Translations under genes and position numbers: made by a program
The notes under the pieces: generated by a model
The model's database searches: none
Told to the model about the DNA's origin: nothing
The model's input: the letters and a program-made list of their open reading frames with translations, nothing else
DNA from: Candidatus Thorarchaeota archaeon
GTDB taxonomy: Archaea; Asgardarchaeota; Thorarchaeia; Thorarchaeales; Thorarchaeaceae
Length of the DNA: 16,766 nt
Direction: 5' to 3'
Assembly (NCBI GenBank): GCA_048882485.1
Contig: JBHLRP010000065.1
Span: forward strand, 1-16,766
Part shown: in pieces, positions 1 through 12,060 of the stretch
How the letters are laid out: every line of letters starts with the position of its first letter
How positions within the stretch are numbered: the stretch's first letter is position 1

Positions 1-197
1 CGCAATGCTTTTTACCGTGAAAGGCACTATAATGTTCAGCTCACCCAAGCTGGAATAGATGATACTCCATCTTTCGTTTTATGGAAAGGTTTTTATCAAG
101 ACAGAATCCCGTGCGGATTGCCCAGACAGCATTGCTTCCCATTTACGCATGACCATGTATCACGCTGTTGACAAGTCATGAGACCATACAACGGCAC

Positions 198-216
198 AAT
201 TTATCGGTGTTATACT
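198..216 (+). promoter_or_regulatory. Possible TATA-like promoter elements upstream of tRNA-Lys
   Basis: TTTATC (200-205) and TTATAC (210-215) lie 18-34 nt upstream of the tRNA 5' end (234), about where an archaeal TATA box is expected. No better TATA is visible between the tRNA and rpoB. Confidence 0.25.
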
Positions 217-233
217 TGGTCTTGCATAGTTAG

Positions 234-340
234 GGGCCGGTGGCGCAGCTAGGTAGCGCAGCAGGCTTTTAACCTGATGGCCGCGGGTTCAAAAGATCAC
301 GAGAATCTCTCGTCTTCTGGGATTCCCGCCCGGCCCGCCA
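234..340 (+). tRNA. tRNA-Lys (anticodon UUU) with a ~30-nt intervening sequence in the T-loop; CCA encoded
   Basis: Cloverleaf folded by eye. Acceptor GGGCCGG (234-240) pairs with CCGGCCC (330-336), followed by discriminator G337 and CCA 338-340. D arm is GCGC/AGCUAGGUA/GCGC (243-259). Anticodon arm spans 261-277 with loop CUUUUAA (UUU = 268-270); the 27:43 pair is a G.A mismatch. T stem GCGGG (283-287) pairs with CCCGC (325-329). The T loop starts UUCAAA (288-293), is interrupted by about 30 nt (294-323, containing hairpin CGAGA-AUC-UCUCG at 300-312), and closes with U324. Removing the insert gives GCGGG-UUCAAAU-CCCGC, the usual archaeal tRNA-Lys T arm. Confidence 0.85.
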
Positions 341-489
341 CCTCCCCTTGTGAAATGGAAGTTTGTTGTTTGTGCAAAAGCACGGGGCGGCTATTGCAAG
401 CATTGGGTGAGCTCGGATTTTCTGGGTTCATGCTTGGGAAGCGTAGCGAGCAGTAGTTCCCCCGTCCCACATAGTCACGGTGTTGTGAT

Positions 490-3400
490 ATGGCAACAGA
501 CGCAGAAGACACGGGAAAGTATTGGCCGGTCATTGAGGCATTCTTTGACCACTACGGCCTAGTAGGTCAGCATCTCGACTCGTTTAACCGATTCATTCGG
601 GAGGAGCTTCAGCAAGTAGTAGACAGTGTTGCAAGGCTCAATCCCAAGGTTGAGGGCTATCATGTGGAGCTAGGGGACATCACTGTCGAGGCTCCATCAG
701 TCAGGGAGGCAGACGGAAGTGAACATCCTCTGTATCCCAACGAGGCCCGAATCAGGAACCTGACCTACGCGAGCAAGCTCTACCTGGACATGACCCCAGT
801 ACGAAAAGAAGGGTCAATCTCCACACGCATGGAAACAATGAGAATCTACGTGGGAGACATGCCGGTGATGTTACGCAGCGAAAAATGCCTCTTGCATGGC
901 ATGTCTGCGGAAGAGCTGATCAAGCATGGCGAAGATCCAAAGGACCCTGGTGGCTACTTCATCATCAACGGTTCTGAACGGGTTCTAGTGACCCAAGAGG
1001 ATTTGGCGCCGAATAGGATTCTGATTGAGGAGGCAAGTAAGAGCTCAAGCTACACTCACATTGCAAAAGTGTTTTCGACTTCCCGCGGGTTCCGTGCACC
1101 CGTCACCATTGAGAGGAAACGCAGTGGCGAGCTCAGGGTTTCATTCCCATCTGTACCAGGAAAGATTCCTCTAGCCATACTTCTGAAAGCCCTAGGTCTA
1201 GAGTCGGACAGAGAGATTGTTGATGTAATATCCGATGATGACGAGATTCGAAATGAGCTCATCGTCACCATAGAGCAGTCTGCCCCCATCAATGCCCCGC
1301 GTGATGAGGAAGATTCCTCCACTAGAGATAATGCCCTAGACTTCATTGGTAAACGGGTTGCAGTCGGCCAAACAAAGGAGTACAGACTTGCTCGTGCAGA
1401 GAAAGTTCTCGATAGGTATCTTCTACCACATATTGGTACAGAGGACACCCATCGTCTTCAGAAGGCCTACTACCTGGGTCAGATGGTTGAGCGACTTCTA
1501 GAGCTAGTTCTGTCAAAGAGGCAGCAAGATGACAAAGACCACTACGCCAACAAGAGACTCAAGCTCTCAGGCGATCTGTTGATGTCACTATTCCGTGTGG
1601 CTCTCTATTCTCTTACTCGTGACATCAAATACCAGCTTGAGCGAACAGCAGTCCGTGGTCGGAAACCCAATATTCGTACAGCAGTAAGAGCAGATGTCAT
1701 CACCCAGAGGCTCAAGCATGCCTTGGCAACAGGCAACTGGGTAGGTGGCAAAGCCGGCGTATCACAACTACTTGATCGAACCAACTACATCTCATCACTA
1801 TCACACCTACGAAGAGTAGTTTCGCCACTCTCACGTTCACAGCCTCACTTTGAGGCAAGAGACCTTCACTCCACGCACTGGGGGAAGATATGTCCAAATG
1901 AAACCCCTGAAGGTCCTAACTGTGGACTTGTCAAGAACATAGCAATGATGGCCTACATCTCTGTAGGAACAGAAGAAACTTCCATCGAGAAGGCCCTCAT
2001 CAAGGCCGAGGTCCAAGGAATCGAGAAACTCAGAGGAAAGAGAGGCACAAAAGCTGCTGATGTCTTCCTCAACGGACGGCTTGTAGGAGTACATCCTGCT
2101 CCTCAAGTCCTTGTGAAGACCATGCGACAGAAGCGTCGAGCCGGAGAGATTGATCCTGAAACCAACATTGCCTACTATGAGAACACCCACGAAGTACAAG
2201 CAAACTGCGATGCCGGTCGTGTCAGAAGACCACTGATAGTCGTAGAGAACGGTAAAAGCAGACTCACAGACGAGCATCTTCGAATGGTCATGGATGGTGA
2301 GTGGGGCTTCATGGACCTCATGAGAAACGGTATCGTCGAGTTCCTTGATGCGGAGGAAGAGGAGAACACCCTCATTGCAATGTATCCGCATGAGATTGGG
2401 CCTAACACCACACATATGGAGATCGAGCCTGCAACAATTCTCGGCATCTCCGCAGCATTGATTCCATTCCCAGAGCGGAACCAGTCACCACGTAACGTGT
2501 ACATGGCTGGAATGGCAAAGCAGTCTGTAGGTGTGCCAGCATCAAACTTCAGGTATCGTGCAGATACCCGTTCACACTTTTTCCACTATCCTCAGATTCC
2601 ATTGGTGAAGACCAGAGCCATGGACTCGATAGGCTACGAGGAGAGACCAGCCATTCAGAACTTTGTGGTCGCAATCCTGTCCTTCGAGGGCTATAACATT
2701 GAAGACGCCCTCATCATGAACAAGGCATCCATCGAGCGTGGACTTGGAAGGAGCACTTTCACCCGTGTATACGAGAGCGAGGAACGCAAGTACCCAGGAG
2801 GACAGGAGGACCGCTTCGAAATCCCTGACCGTAGCGTCAGAGGCTACAGGGCTTCAGAGTCCTACCGCAACCTAGGCGAGGATGGTGTAATCGAAACCGA
2901 GGTAGAGGTACAGGGCGGTGACGTCCTCATAGGCAGGACCTCTCCACCACGGTTCCTCGAGGAGTACTCAGAGTTCGACATAGCATCACCCAACCGTCGA
3001 GAAACCTCAGTGGCTGTGCGTCATGGAGAGTCTGGTGTTGTGGACAGCGTCATCCTAACCGAAACCATCGATGGCAACCGACTGGTGAAGGTCAAGGTTC
3101 GCGATTTGCGTATACCCGAACTCGGCGACAAGTACGCTTCCCGACACGGTCAGAAGGGAGTCATTGGATACATTGTCCCACAGGAGGATGTTCCATTCAC
3201 TGAGGACGGAGTAGTTCCCGACCTTCTCGTCAATCCTCATGCCATTCCAAGTCGGATGACCATTGGTCAGATTCTAGAGATGATCGCTGGAAAGGCAGCC
3301 TGCATGGCAGGTAAACAACAAGACGGAACGCCATTTAGTGGTGTTCAAGAGGATGAACTCTTCGCCATTCTGAAAGAACATGGTATGCAGCATACCGGTA

Positions 3401-3860
3401 GAGAGGTAATGTACTCGGGAATCACCGGCGAGAAGATGAAAGTGGACATCTTCATTGGAATTGTTGCACAACAAAAATTGCATCACATGGTGGCCGACAA
3501 GATTCACGCTCGCGCACGAGGCCCAGTACAGATTCTTACCAGACAGCCCACCGAGGGTAGGGCCAGAGAGGGTGGTCTACGATTCGGAGAGATGGAGCGT
3601 GATGTGCTCATTGGCCACGGCGCAGCCATTCTGCTCAAGGGCAGGCTACTTGACGAGTCTGACAAGAGCAACATGTTGGTCTGTGAAGAGTGCGGACTCA
3701 TCGGGGTCTATGACCGGAACAAAGACCAATATTATTGTCCAATATGCGGCAGCAACGCGAAGATTAGTAGCGTTGTGGTGTCGTACGCATTCAAACTTCT
3801 CATACAAGAGATGATGTCGCTCGGCTTAGCCGCCAGGCTGCGTTTGAAGGAGATGATCTA

Positions 3861-3861
<1 letters not shown>
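490..3861 (+). CDS. rpoB: DNA-directed RNA polymerase subunit B (unsplit, 1123 aa)
   Basis: Full-length ORF with RpoB/Rpb2 hallmarks: N-terminal GQHLDSFNRFI, KYASRHGQKGV, GLRFGEMERD, and the C-terminal Zn ribbon CEECG...CPICG. It is one ORF rather than split B'/B''. The stop overlaps the rpoA1 ATG (TAATG at 3859-3863). Confidence 0.98.
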
Positions 3862-7893
<4,032 letters not shown>

Positions 7894-7959
7894 ACCTCCA
7901 CTACGGAAACGTTAAAACAGAACTCGAGTAGACGCAAAAACACAACGAGGTCATGACAA

Positions 7960-8253
7960 TTGAGCCTAAATCAGCCAATAGCTAGCGCAGTGAGCACCGG
8001 CGAATGTCGAATCGGTGCCAAATCTTCCATAGATGCTCTAAAGACTTCAGAGGCGAAGGTAGTTGTTGTTGCAGCCAACTGCCCACGCAACGAATACGAA
8101 GATATTGAGAGATTTGCTTCACTTTCAGGCATTAAGGTCCTGAGGTTTGAGGGGACTTCATGGGATCTTGGAGAGGTCGTGGGGAAGCCCTTCATGGTGT
8201 CAGCCATTGCAGTGATCAAACCAGGTGACTCAAAGATTCTGAAGATGGCATGA
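7960..8253 (+). CDS. rpl30e: Ribosomal protein L30e (eL30)
   Basis: 97-aa ORF with the L7Ae/L30e-type pattern (GECRIGAKSSIDALKTSEAKVVVVAANCP...). It sits at the canonical position between rpoA2 and nusA. TTG start with GAGG (7947-7950) 9 nt upstream. Confidence 0.88.
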   Translation: MSLNQPIASAVSTGECRIGAKSSIDALKTSEAKVVVVAANCPRNEYEDIERFASLSGIKVLRFEGTSWDLGEVVGKPFMVSAIAVIKPGDSKILKMA

Positions 8254-8263
8254 GGCGGTTCAA

Positions 8264-8692
8264 TTGGTCAAACTCTCCATGGAGGACATGGCGCTCATAG
8301 CTACTTTCGAGCGGATAACAGGTGCATCTGCAGTAGATGTTGTTCGCGATGACGATGGCGAACGCCTTATCTTTGTTGTGAGAGAGAAGCAGCTGGGAAA
8401 AGCCATTGGTCGTGGCGGTTCCAATGTGAAGGCTGCAGCAGACACCTTTGGAAGGACAGTTGATGTTGTGGAAATTGCTGCTTCTCCGGAGGAGTTCGTG
8501 AAAAGCGCTCTTGCTCCTGCTAGAGTTGAAGAAGTGAAAATCATAATCCACAGGGACGGAAACAGGGTGGCTTCTGTTACTGTCAATTCTGAAGACCGTG
8601 GCATCGCCATTGGTCGAGATGGCCGTAATGTTGCTCGTGCTCGTATCCTGGCACGACGGCATTTTGATCTCACGAATGTTGTCATAGCCTAA
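8264..8692 (+). CDS. nusA: Archaeal NusA-like transcription termination/antitermination protein (two KH domains)
   Basis: 142 aa with two KH GXXG-type motifs (GKAIGRGGSNVK and GIAIGRDGRNVARAR). The N-terminus VKLSMEDMALIATFERITG aligns with archaeal NusA N-termini. TTG start with GAGG (8252-8255) 8 nt upstream. Confidence 0.9.
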   Translation: MVKLSMEDMALIATFERITGASAVDVVRDDDGERLIFVVREKQLGKAIGRGGSNVKAAADTFGRTVDVVEIAASPEEFVKSALAPARVEEVKIIIHRDGNRVASVTVNSEDRGIAIGRDGRNVARARILARRHFDLTNVVIA

Positions 8693-8762
8693 AAGACTGA
8701 GGGCGGCAGTGAACTGGGTTCTTATTAGTATTCCAGAGAGTGTCTTCTAGGAGATCCCATAG

Positions 8763-8936
8763 ATGATTATGAAGAATGAATGGTTGATTCCGTTGGGCGG
8801 CATCTGTCTAGCGGTGGCACTTGTCATAGACCATTTTCTCCCAGAGAATGATATCCTATCCTTCGTGATGGGCATACTGATCGGGCTATCAATTACCCTG
8901 AATCTGGTTGGGCTTTACAGGTCTAGAAATGGATAG
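8763..8936 (+). CDS. Small hypothetical membrane protein (57 aa, two predicted TM helices); absent from the ORF track (<60 aa)
   Basis: ATG 8763 is preceded by AGGAG (8749-8753) at 9-nt spacing. Translation: MIMKNEWLIPLGGICLAVALVIDHFLPENDILSFVMGILIGLSITLNLVGLYRSRNG, ending at TAG 8934-8936. Two clean hydrophobic helices and a basic C-terminus. It fills an otherwise unexplained 346-nt gap between nusA and rps12. Confidence 0.45.
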   Translation: MIMKNEWLIPLGGICLAVALVIDHFLPENDILSFVMGILIGLSITLNLVGLYRSRNG

Positions 8937-9071
8937 CAGAAGCGTCCAGAAACGCCATTTCGGGCAGTTGCATTTGACAATGCTTTTAAGGAAACTCTAG
9001 TCCGAAGCCGTGGCCACCAATAGTGAACACCATACACGGTGGACCCATCATCAATAAAGAGGAATACTACC

Positions 9072-9515
9072 TTGTCACGAGGAAAGAGCCCCCTGGGTGA
9101 GTTCGCAGCGAGACCCCTTGTTAGGAAACGCAAGAGGTTCCGGTGGAAGAAACCATCCTACAAGAGGAGAGTACTCAAGCTCAGGCAAAAGACTGACCCA
9201 CTAGAGGGCGCTCCACAAGCCGCGGGAATCGTCTTAGAGAAAGTCGGAATTGAAAGCAAGCAACCCAACTCTGCTATCAGAAAGGCTGTACGAATCCAGC
9301 TCTCAAAGAATGGTAAACAGATCACAGCGTTCATTCCTGGTGATGGGGGTCTCAAGTATATCGATGAGCACGATCAAGTGCTGGTCGAAGGTATTGGTGG
9401 CGCAATGGGTGGCGCAATGGGAGATCTTCCAGGTGTTAGATGGAAGGTCGTAAAGGTCAACGGTGTGGCTCTAGAGAGCCTCATCTATGGTAAGAAAGAG
9501 AAACCAATTCGTTAG
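9072..9515 (+). CDS. rps12: Ribosomal protein S12 (uS12)
   Basis: Motifs [15 protein letters not shown] and [15 protein letters not shown]. The ORF track starts at GTG 9039. In-frame TTG 9072 gives [16 protein letters not shown] (147 aa, the usual archaeal N-terminus and length) and has GAGG (9059-9062) 9 nt upstream, so 9072 is preferred. Confidence 0.92.
   Translation: MSRGKSPLGEFAARPLVRKRKRFRWKKPSYKRRVLKLRQKTDPLEGAPQAAGIVLEKVGIESKQPNSAIRKAVRIQLSKNGKQITAFIPGDGGLKYIDEHDQVLVEGIGGAMGGAMGDLPGVRWKVVKVNGVALESLIYGKKEKPIR
9396..9419 (+). repeat. Perfect in-frame 12-nt tandem duplication inside rps12
   Basis: GGTGGCGCAATG occurs twice back to back (9396-9407 and 9408-9419), encoding GGAM-GGAM. Confidence 0.95.
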
Positions 9516-9522
9516 GTGGGTC

Positions 9523-10194
9523 ATGATGGCTGAAGAAGAGAAGACTGAGGTTGTTGAAGAGGAAACTCCACCAGAGTCCGAGCCAGAGCCACATGTCGCC
9601 CCTGATTTATTGCTTTTCGGAAAGTGGGACTCAACAGAAGTGGAGATAAAGGACATTGGTCTTGCGCGATACATCTCCCTCAAACCGGTCCTGATTCCTC
9701 ATACTGCAGGTAGACACGCTCACAAAAGATTCCACAAGAGCAACGTTCCTATAGTCGAGCGCTTTGTCAACAAGCTACTCAATGCTGGCAGAAGAAAGGA
9801 CAAGAAGACTCGCACTGGCCGAAATGCCGGTAAGAAACTCAATGTCATCCACACTCTGAAGCGTGTCTTTGAGATTATCGACTATCGAACAGGTCTCAAT
9901 CCCATACAGGTCCTTGTAACTGCCATCGAGCACTCGGCTCCCTCTGAGGAAACCACTCGTATATCCTACGGCGGAATGGCATACCCACGGTCGGTCGATG
10001 TTGCTCCTCAGAGAAGAATCGACCTTGCTCTCAGGTATCTAGCCGTTGGTGCAACTCGCTCTGCTCACAAAAATGCCAAGTCCTTTGAAGAGTGCTTGGT
10101 CGATGAGCTCCTTCTAGCATACAAAGGCGATCCGGCCAGTTTCGCAGTAGCCAGAAAGGAAGAACGCGAGAGAGTTGCGCGCTCAGCACGGTAG
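9523..10194 (+). CDS. rps7: Ribosomal protein S7 (uS7) with a short acidic N-terminal extension
   Basis: Conserved LFGKWD, HTAGRHAHKRF, NPIQVLVTAIEHSAPSEETTRISYGGMAYPRSVDVAPQRRIDLALR. The track ORF starts at 9487 inside rps12. ATG 9523 (or 9526), just after the rps12 stop (9513-9515) and GGTGG (9516-9520), is the likely start. The N-terminus MMAEEEKTEVVEEETPPESEPEP is acidic. Confidence 0.92.
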   Translation: MMAEEEKTEVVEEETPPESEPEPHVAPDLLLFGKWDSTEVEIKDIGLARYISLKPVLIPHTAGRHAHKRFHKSNVPIVERFVNKLLNAGRRKDKKTRTGRNAGKKLNVIHTLKRVFEIIDYRTGLNPIQVLVTAIEHSAPSEETTRISYGGMAYPRSVDVAPQRRIDLALRYLAVGATRSAHKNAKSFEECLVDELLLAYKGDPASFAVARKEERERVARSAR

Positions 10195-10204
10195 ACTCAC
10201 CAAT

Positions 10205-10220
10205 GCATTTTCACTTTTCA
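10205..10220 (+). terminator. Possible oligo-T termination signal after rps7
   Basis: Two T4 runs (10208-10211 and 10215-10218) lie 14-24 nt past the rps7 stop. Archaeal terminators are T-tracts, but these are short. Confidence 0.25.
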
Positions 10221-10308
10221 TCCACTAGTGATTACACCGTTTTGAATCAGAAAGTGATATAGTCAAGCTTCTGAAGCTCCAAAAACAGCAGACACAGAGG
10301 AACCGAAT

Positions 10309-11208
10309 ATGTCCAAACAGACCTATGCATGGTTGGCAGTACTCATCATCACAGTGCTGTGGGCATCATCTCTGATTCTGGCAAAGATTGCGTTCGTGGA
10401 ACTAACACCAATCACTTTCGTGGCACTTCGATACACCCTGGCCTGTCCCTTTCTCATTCCTGCAATACTCATCACGAAGCGGCGTCAGGAGTCGTCAAGC
10501 AACCCACGCAAGCACTGGAAACTCCTCGTAGCAGCTGGACTTGCTGGTCCATTCTCGTCCCAAGTAATGCAATACATAGGTCTCAATATGACGACAGCTA
10601 GTGATGCGGTGCTTCTGGTCAATTTCACCCCAGTTTTTGCTGTGATACTTGCAGCGGCAATTATTGATGAGAAACTCACTTTTGCCAAGATCATCGGTCT
10701 ATTCATGGCAACTCTTGGTGCAATCATGATAGTGTTCAATCCCGCTTCTGTAGACCCTATCATTAGTCCAACAAGGGTGATGGGTGGCATCATCATTCTT
10801 GTTTCTACATTCTTCTTTGCTGTCAATGGAATCATGGGAAAGGTAGCAGTGAAGTCTGTGGACTCTGTGAGTGTCACATTCTATAGCACTCTTGCCGCGG
10901 TTCCGTTTCTCTGGCTGTCTGTGGCAATATTCGAGGACCCGTCAGCGCTACTGGCACTCAGCATTCAATCATGGGTGATTGTCCTGTGGGTTGGGATTGT
11001 GAATACAGCATTTGCATTCATACTCTACTACGAGTCTATGAAGTACATCGAGGCTTCCAAGGTCCAGATTGCACTGAACTTGATTGGTGTCTGGGGAGTT
11101 TTGATGTCTATTCCGTTCCTTGGCGAAACGATCTCACTACTCCAGATTCTAGGAGGAGCGGTGACTATCATTGGTGTCATAATGGTACAGAGGGATCGAA
11201 CCCGGTGA
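10309..11208 (+). CDS. EamA/DMT-superfamily transporter (about 10 TM segments)
   Basis: 299 aa, almost entirely hydrophobic helices in two similar halves. The N-terminal pattern (AWLAVLIITVLWASSLILAKIAF...TPITFVALRY) and C-terminal pattern (...LGETISLLQILGGAVTIIGVIMV) are typical of duplicated EamA domains. GAGG (10297-10300) lies 8 nt upstream of the ATG. Confidence 0.85.
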   Translation: MSKQTYAWLAVLIITVLWASSLILAKIAFVELTPITFVALRYTLACPFLIPAILITKRRQESSSNPRKHWKLLVAAGLAGPFSSQVMQYIGLNMTTASDAVLLVNFTPVFAVILAAAIIDEKLTFAKIIGLFMATLGAIMIVFNPASVDPIISPTRVMGGIIILVSTFFFAVNGIMGKVAVKSVDSVSVTFYSTLAAVPFLWLSVAIFEDPSALLALSIQSWVIVLWVGIVNTAFAFILYYESMKYIEASKVQIALNLIGVWGVLMSIPFLGETISLLQILGGAVTIIGVIMVQRDRTR

Positions 11209-11230
11209 CTAGTAGCACGGGCTATCGAGT

Positions 11231-11575
11231 TCATCTGTTGAGCAAGGCAAATCCAGTTCCCTTTACTACTGAAACATCATCGAACATACCTATTGGGCTC
11301 TTTCTTGCGTTCTCTCTCCTCTCAGGTGGCAATGATATCTTCACTCGTGCTCCGTATATCCTTGCATAAATCACATCAATAAGGTAGACCTCGGCAAAGA
11401 TGACAACGATTGACAACCCTGGATAATACAATACAGGGATTATCAGGGCTCCCATAGTGATCAATCCCATAAGGGCCTCAAAGTACCTGCGCGACGCATT
11501 GAATGCGGCTATTGATAATGATAATCGTGTCTGAGGCACTGGCTTCGGTTTAATATGATTGAATTTTGACATCAT
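11231..11575 (-). CDS. Small 2-TM hypothetical protein, paralog A (114 aa)
   Basis: Shares the core ASRRYFEA[LF]MGLITMG.L.IPV.YYPGL...VIFAEVYL...IYARIYGARVK.S with the adjacent gene, forming a membrane hairpin with a PG turn. GGTGAT Shine-Dalgarno-like sequence (reverse complement of 11577-11582) sits just upstream of ATG 11575. No family recognised. Confidence 0.7.
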   Translation of the reverse strand: MMSKFNHIKPKPVPQTRLSLSIAAFNASRRYFEALMGLITMGALIIPVLYYPGLSIVVIFAEVYLIDVIYARIYGARVKISLPPERRENARKSPIGMFDDVSVVKGTGFALLNR

Positions 11576-11583
11576 AAATCACC

Positions 11584-11931
11584 TCACCTTGTGAGTAGTC
11601 CTTGTGGTCTAATCTTGGAAACATATCTGCAATCATATACCGTTCTTATCCTTGTACCAGTCCTTGCTCCAAGTGGAACTGACATTTTCACTCGTGCCCC
11701 GTATATCCTTGCATATATTGCCTCGACAAGATAGACTTCAGCAAAGATCACAATGAAGAATAATCCAGGATAATACGACACAGGAATCATCAGGACTCCC
11801 ATTGTGATCAATCCCATAAAGGCCTCAAAGTACCTGCGCGACGCACCAAGCATAGTCATAGGCAATGACGTCGACGCAATAGGCACTCGCATTGGCCCGG
11901 TCACTTCGAATTTTGATACCATAAGCATCAC
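11584..11931 (-). CDS. Small 2-TM hypothetical protein, paralog B (115 aa from GTG 11931; alternative starts ATG 11928 or ATG 11922)
   Basis: Same conserved core as paralog A. Starting at ATG 11922 gives MVSKFE, parallel to MMSKFN in paralog A. The stop lies 8 nt before the paralog A start, so the two are probably co-transcribed. Confidence 0.7.
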   Translation of the reverse strand: MMLMVSKFEVTGPMRVPIASTSLPMTMLGASRRYFEAFMGLITMGVLMIPVSYYPGLFFIVIFAEVYLVEAIYARIYGARVKMSVPLGARTGTRIRTVYDCRYVSKIRPQGLLTR

Positions 11932-11986
11932 ATTGTATTATGTATCGACAATACGTGATATAAGTATTTCGATTACATAATACAAT
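11932..11986. promoter_or_regulatory. 55-bp imperfect palindrome with central TATA-like core in a divergent intergenic region (candidate operator plus promoters)
   Basis: ATTGTATTATGTA (11932-11944) is the exact reverse complement of TACATAATACAAT (11974-11986). Inner arms also pair: TCGA (11945-11948)/TCGA (11969-11972) and AATAC (11950-11954)/GTATT (11964-11968), with single-nt offsets. The centre is GTGATATAAG (TATA-like on both strands). Confidence 0.55.
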
Positions 11987-12060
11987 ACAAGTCTGGCAAG
12001 ACTTCCGCGAATCGAGCCGATGTAGTTATCAATCATACATTCATCGATTTGTCGAGCAGA

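Larger units (their letters stand above)
11231..11931 (-). repeat. Tandem gene duplication, period 347 nt
   Basis: Two segments repeat at a constant offset of 347 nt. The 42-nt stretch 11457-11498 matches 11804-11845 with 1 mismatch. The ~29-nt stretch 11340-11368 matches 11687-11715 with 1 mismatch. The sequence between these blocks is clearly more diverged. Confidence 0.9.

Noticed and set aside
1-174. Frame-1 reading frame open from the window edge to TGA 172-174 (57 codons, ...FVLWKGFYQDRIPCGLPRQHCFPFTHDHVSRC). It could be the 3' end of an upstream gene.
   Set aside because: It is too short and has no recognisable motif. An open frame of this length at a window edge is plausible by chance, so it is not reported as a feature. 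It remains possible.
382-465. An 84-nt segment with complementary ends (ACGGGG/CCCCGU), tested as a possible second (class II) tRNA.
   Set aside because: It has no D-arm GG motif, no GTTCRANNC T-arm and no sensible anticodon arm. Only generic hairpins are present.
350-562. 70-aa ORF in the position where rpoH would be expected.
   Set aside because: The sequence (MKWKFVVCAKARGGYCKHW...) has no resemblance to RpoH/Rpb5 C-terminal domains, and it overlaps the well-supported rpoB start by 73 nt.
9039-9522. Upstream-extended starts in the ORF track: rps12 at GTG 9039 and rps7 at 9487.
   Set aside because: The extensions add non-homologous residues, and the rps7 extension overlaps rps12. Internal starts (TTG 9072, ATG 9523) have SD sequences and reproduce canonical N-termini.
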